DNA from: Zootoca vivipara
Lineage: Eukaryota
Length of the DNA: 64,000 nucleotides
Direction of reading: 5' to 3'
Assembly (NCBI RefSeq): GCF_963506605.1
Contig: NC_083277.1
Coordinates: forward strand, 11,718,001 to 11,782,000
Every line of letters begins with the position of its first letter. Position 1 is the first letter of the stretch. The notes under the pieces were generated by a model. The model saw nothing but the letters and a program-made list of their open reading frames with translations, did not search any database and was not told where the DNA came from. Below are positions 62,002 through 64,000 of this stretch, one piece after another. A program made the translations under genes and the position numbers.

Positions 62002-62327
62002 CATACCCTCCAACATTTCTCTGATGAAAATAGGGACGTCCCATTCCATAATGATAATTCTACTTTTTATACCATACACATTTGACTGGGTTGCCCCAGC
62101 CATTTTGTGTGGCTTCCAATATATATAAAAACATAATAAAACATTTTTAAAAGCCTTCCCTAAACAGGACGGCTTGGGGGTAAGATAACTCCATACCCTC
62201 CAACATTTCTCCAATGAAAATAGGGACGTCCTAAGGAAAAGTGGAACATTCCAGGATCAAATCAGAAACCAGGCAGCTTCTCTAAATCTGGGACGTCCCT
62301 GGAAAATAGGGGCACTTGGAGGGTCTA
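62002..62327. mobile_element. Composite hAT-like element (duplicated left end plus captured L2 tail)
   Basis: cataccctccaacatttctc..atgaaaatagggacgtcc occurs at 62002 and 62193; right end cttggagggtcta. Confidence 0.6.
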
Positions 62328-62398
62328 GGATTCTCTCTCCCCTTCATCTATGATAATGAAAACACAGAACTAGATGGTATTTTTGGTTCAGCTACTAA

Positions 62399-63066
62399 GG
62401 GACCCAGGTGGCGCTGTGGGTTAAACCACAGATCCTAGGGCTTGCTGATCAGAAGATCAGCAGTTCGAATCCCCGACAGGGTGAGCTCCCGTTGTTTGGT
62501 CCCAGCTCCTGCCCACCTAGCAGTTCGAAAGCATGTCAAAGTGCAAGTAGATAAATAGGTACCGCTCTGGCGGGAAGGTAAACGGGAGCCAGTGTAGTGT
62601 AGTGGTTAAGAGCGGTAGACTCGTAATCTGGGGAACCGGGTTTGCGTCTCCGCTCCTCCACATGCAGCTGCTGGGTGACCTTGGGGTAGTCACACTTCTC
62701 TGAAGTCTCTCAGCCCTACTCACCTCACAGAGTGTTTGTTGTGGGGGAGGAAGGGAAAGGAGAATGTTAGCCGCTTTGAGACTCCTTAGGGTAGTGATAA
62801 AGCAGGATATCAAATCCAAACTCTTCTTCTTCTTCTTCTTCTTCTTCTTCTTCTTCTTCTTCTTCTTCTTCTTCTTCTTCTTCTTCTTCTTCTTCTTCTT
62901 CTTCTTCTTCCGTGCACTGCTCTGGTTCACCAAAAGCGGCTTAGTCATGCTGGCCACATGACCTGGAAGCTGTACGCTGGCTCCCTTGGCCAGTAAAGCA
63001 AGATGAGCGCCGCAACCCCAGAGTCATCCATGACTGGACCTAACGGTCAGGAGTCCCTTTACCTTA
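62399..63066 (+). mobile_element. Sauria SINE interrupted by a second SINE
   Basis: gggacccaggtggcgctgtgggttaaacc...ccctttacctt. Confidence 0.88.
62584..62910 (+). mobile_element. MIR/CORE-type (Squam3-like) SINE with (CTT)n tail
   Basis: gggagccagtgtagtgtagtggttaagagc head; tgggtgaccttgg..agtcac CORE-like block; (ctt) x ~30. Confidence 0.78.
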
Positions 63067-63344
63067 CTAAGATAAAAAGGTGAATGAGCTCTGGATGGTT
63101 AAGTCCAGTCAAAGGCAACTATGGGGTATGACAATCCCACTAACCAAACAAATCGGAAGCCACCTAGAGTTGCTGGGGCAACCCAGCCAGATGGGCAGCA
63201 TATCAGCAAATATTATTATTATTATTATTATTGGCCAACTTCCTTCTAAGGTGGAATATCCAAGTGTGCTCAATCTCAGGGGATGAGTTACAGGTAGGTA
63301 GCCGTGCTGGTCTGACGTAGTCGAAACAAACTAAGTATGTCATT

Positions 63345-63384
63345 GGTATGAGCTTTCGTGTGCATGCACACTTCTTCAGATACC
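63345..63384 (-). ncRNA. Minimal hammerhead ribozyme motif in a Penelope fragment (63287-63385)
   Basis: Minus strand identical to the 19572-19611 motif. Confidence 0.72.
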
Positions 63385-63529
63385 GGTACTTCAGGGGATG
63401 AGATTGCTTCATTCTGGAAAGCAAGAAACGCAGAGGGAAGGAGAGGGAGGAAGATTGCAGACCCCTCCTCCACCCCTCCTCATCCATCCTCTCCCCTCCC
63501 TTCTTCCATGAGCTCAGGCAGGCAGCAAG

Positions 63530-63800
63530 ACTGAGTACGGTGCCTCGTTTTGCCAGGAGTCTGGTCCCGACTTCAGTCACATGGCGCGGAAGTGGGGAAA
63601 CAAGCCTCCACAGGGGGCTTCCAACACACACAAACCCCACCGTAAGAGAATAGCAGCTGTGCGGTGGGTGCAACGTCGACCCGGGTCTGTTGGCGAAGAA
63701 AACGAACCCCAAATCAAAAACGCCACTCGCGGGGGAGCCGGGGAGGCAAATGAGAATGGTTGGTGCAGGATCGAGCTGGAGAAGAAAGATCCAGGAACGA
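63530..63800 (+). promoter_or_regulatory. CpG-rich probable promoter of a further gene
   Basis: cacatggcgcggaagtg (YY1/ETS-like) and a CpG cluster; direction uncertain. Confidence 0.4.
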
Positions 63801-64000
63801 GAGGAAGGGTAGGGGGAGAAAGTGGAGTGAGCCCTGGGCAGGGAAGCAAGCGGGCTGGTTGAGAAGAGGAAGGGGAAGGGGAAGGAAGAAAGAAAGAAAG
63901 AAATAAAGAAAGAAAGAAAGGGGGACGACGGTGGCTGAGACTGGCTGGAGACAAACATCTGGGGCTCAGAAGTGGTTGGAGGGGGGTTTATTTCTTAGGT

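Noticed and set aside
62517-62961. Poly-Lys/poly-Phe ORFs and similar poly-L/Y/I/N ORFs elsewhere
   Set aside because: Translations of microsatellite tails of SINEs and LINEs.
63311-63330. ctgacgtagtcgaaac as a second hammerhead
   Set aside because: Lacks A9 of CUGANGA and has no helix II or cleavage triplet geometry.

Overview
Eukaryotic (vertebrate) DNA. Sauria SINEs, a MIR/Squam3-type SINE, and BovB, L2, CR1, L1 and Rex LINE fragments point to a squamate, probably a lacertid lizard (inference). The window is part of a C2H2 zinc-finger gene cluster embedded in dense, often nested transposons. Four genes can be reconstructed from splice sites and exon phase. Gene A (+) is a 7-finger ZNF with no visible effector domain (exon 1 ends 10880; finger exon 13580-14355). 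Gene S (-) is a SCAN-ZNF (26564-21562) whose middle 127-nt exon looks like a decayed KRAB-A. Gene B (-) is a 13-finger ZNF (~45260-33261). Gene C (+) is its divergently oriented paralogue, a KRAB-A/B 19-finger ZNF (52456-60513). A ZNF relic lies at ~16750-17000. Most notable: genes B and C carry a serial array of nine short, frame-preserving phase-1 exons derived from KRAB-B. Eight of them encode a psi-K-x-E SUMO-acceptor motif, mostly with an acidic tail, and gene B appears to have no KRAB-A. Also present: an RT-deleted Copia element, two Helitrons (one CpG-rich and promoter-like, one with a RepHel N-terminus and a CTCF motif), Penelope fragments with minimal hammerhead ribozymes, two solo LTRs nested in DNA transposons beside the KRAB exons, CR1-tailed SINEs with two different tRNA heads, and Tc1/mariner excision footprints. 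All gene models were read by eye and lack transcript support.
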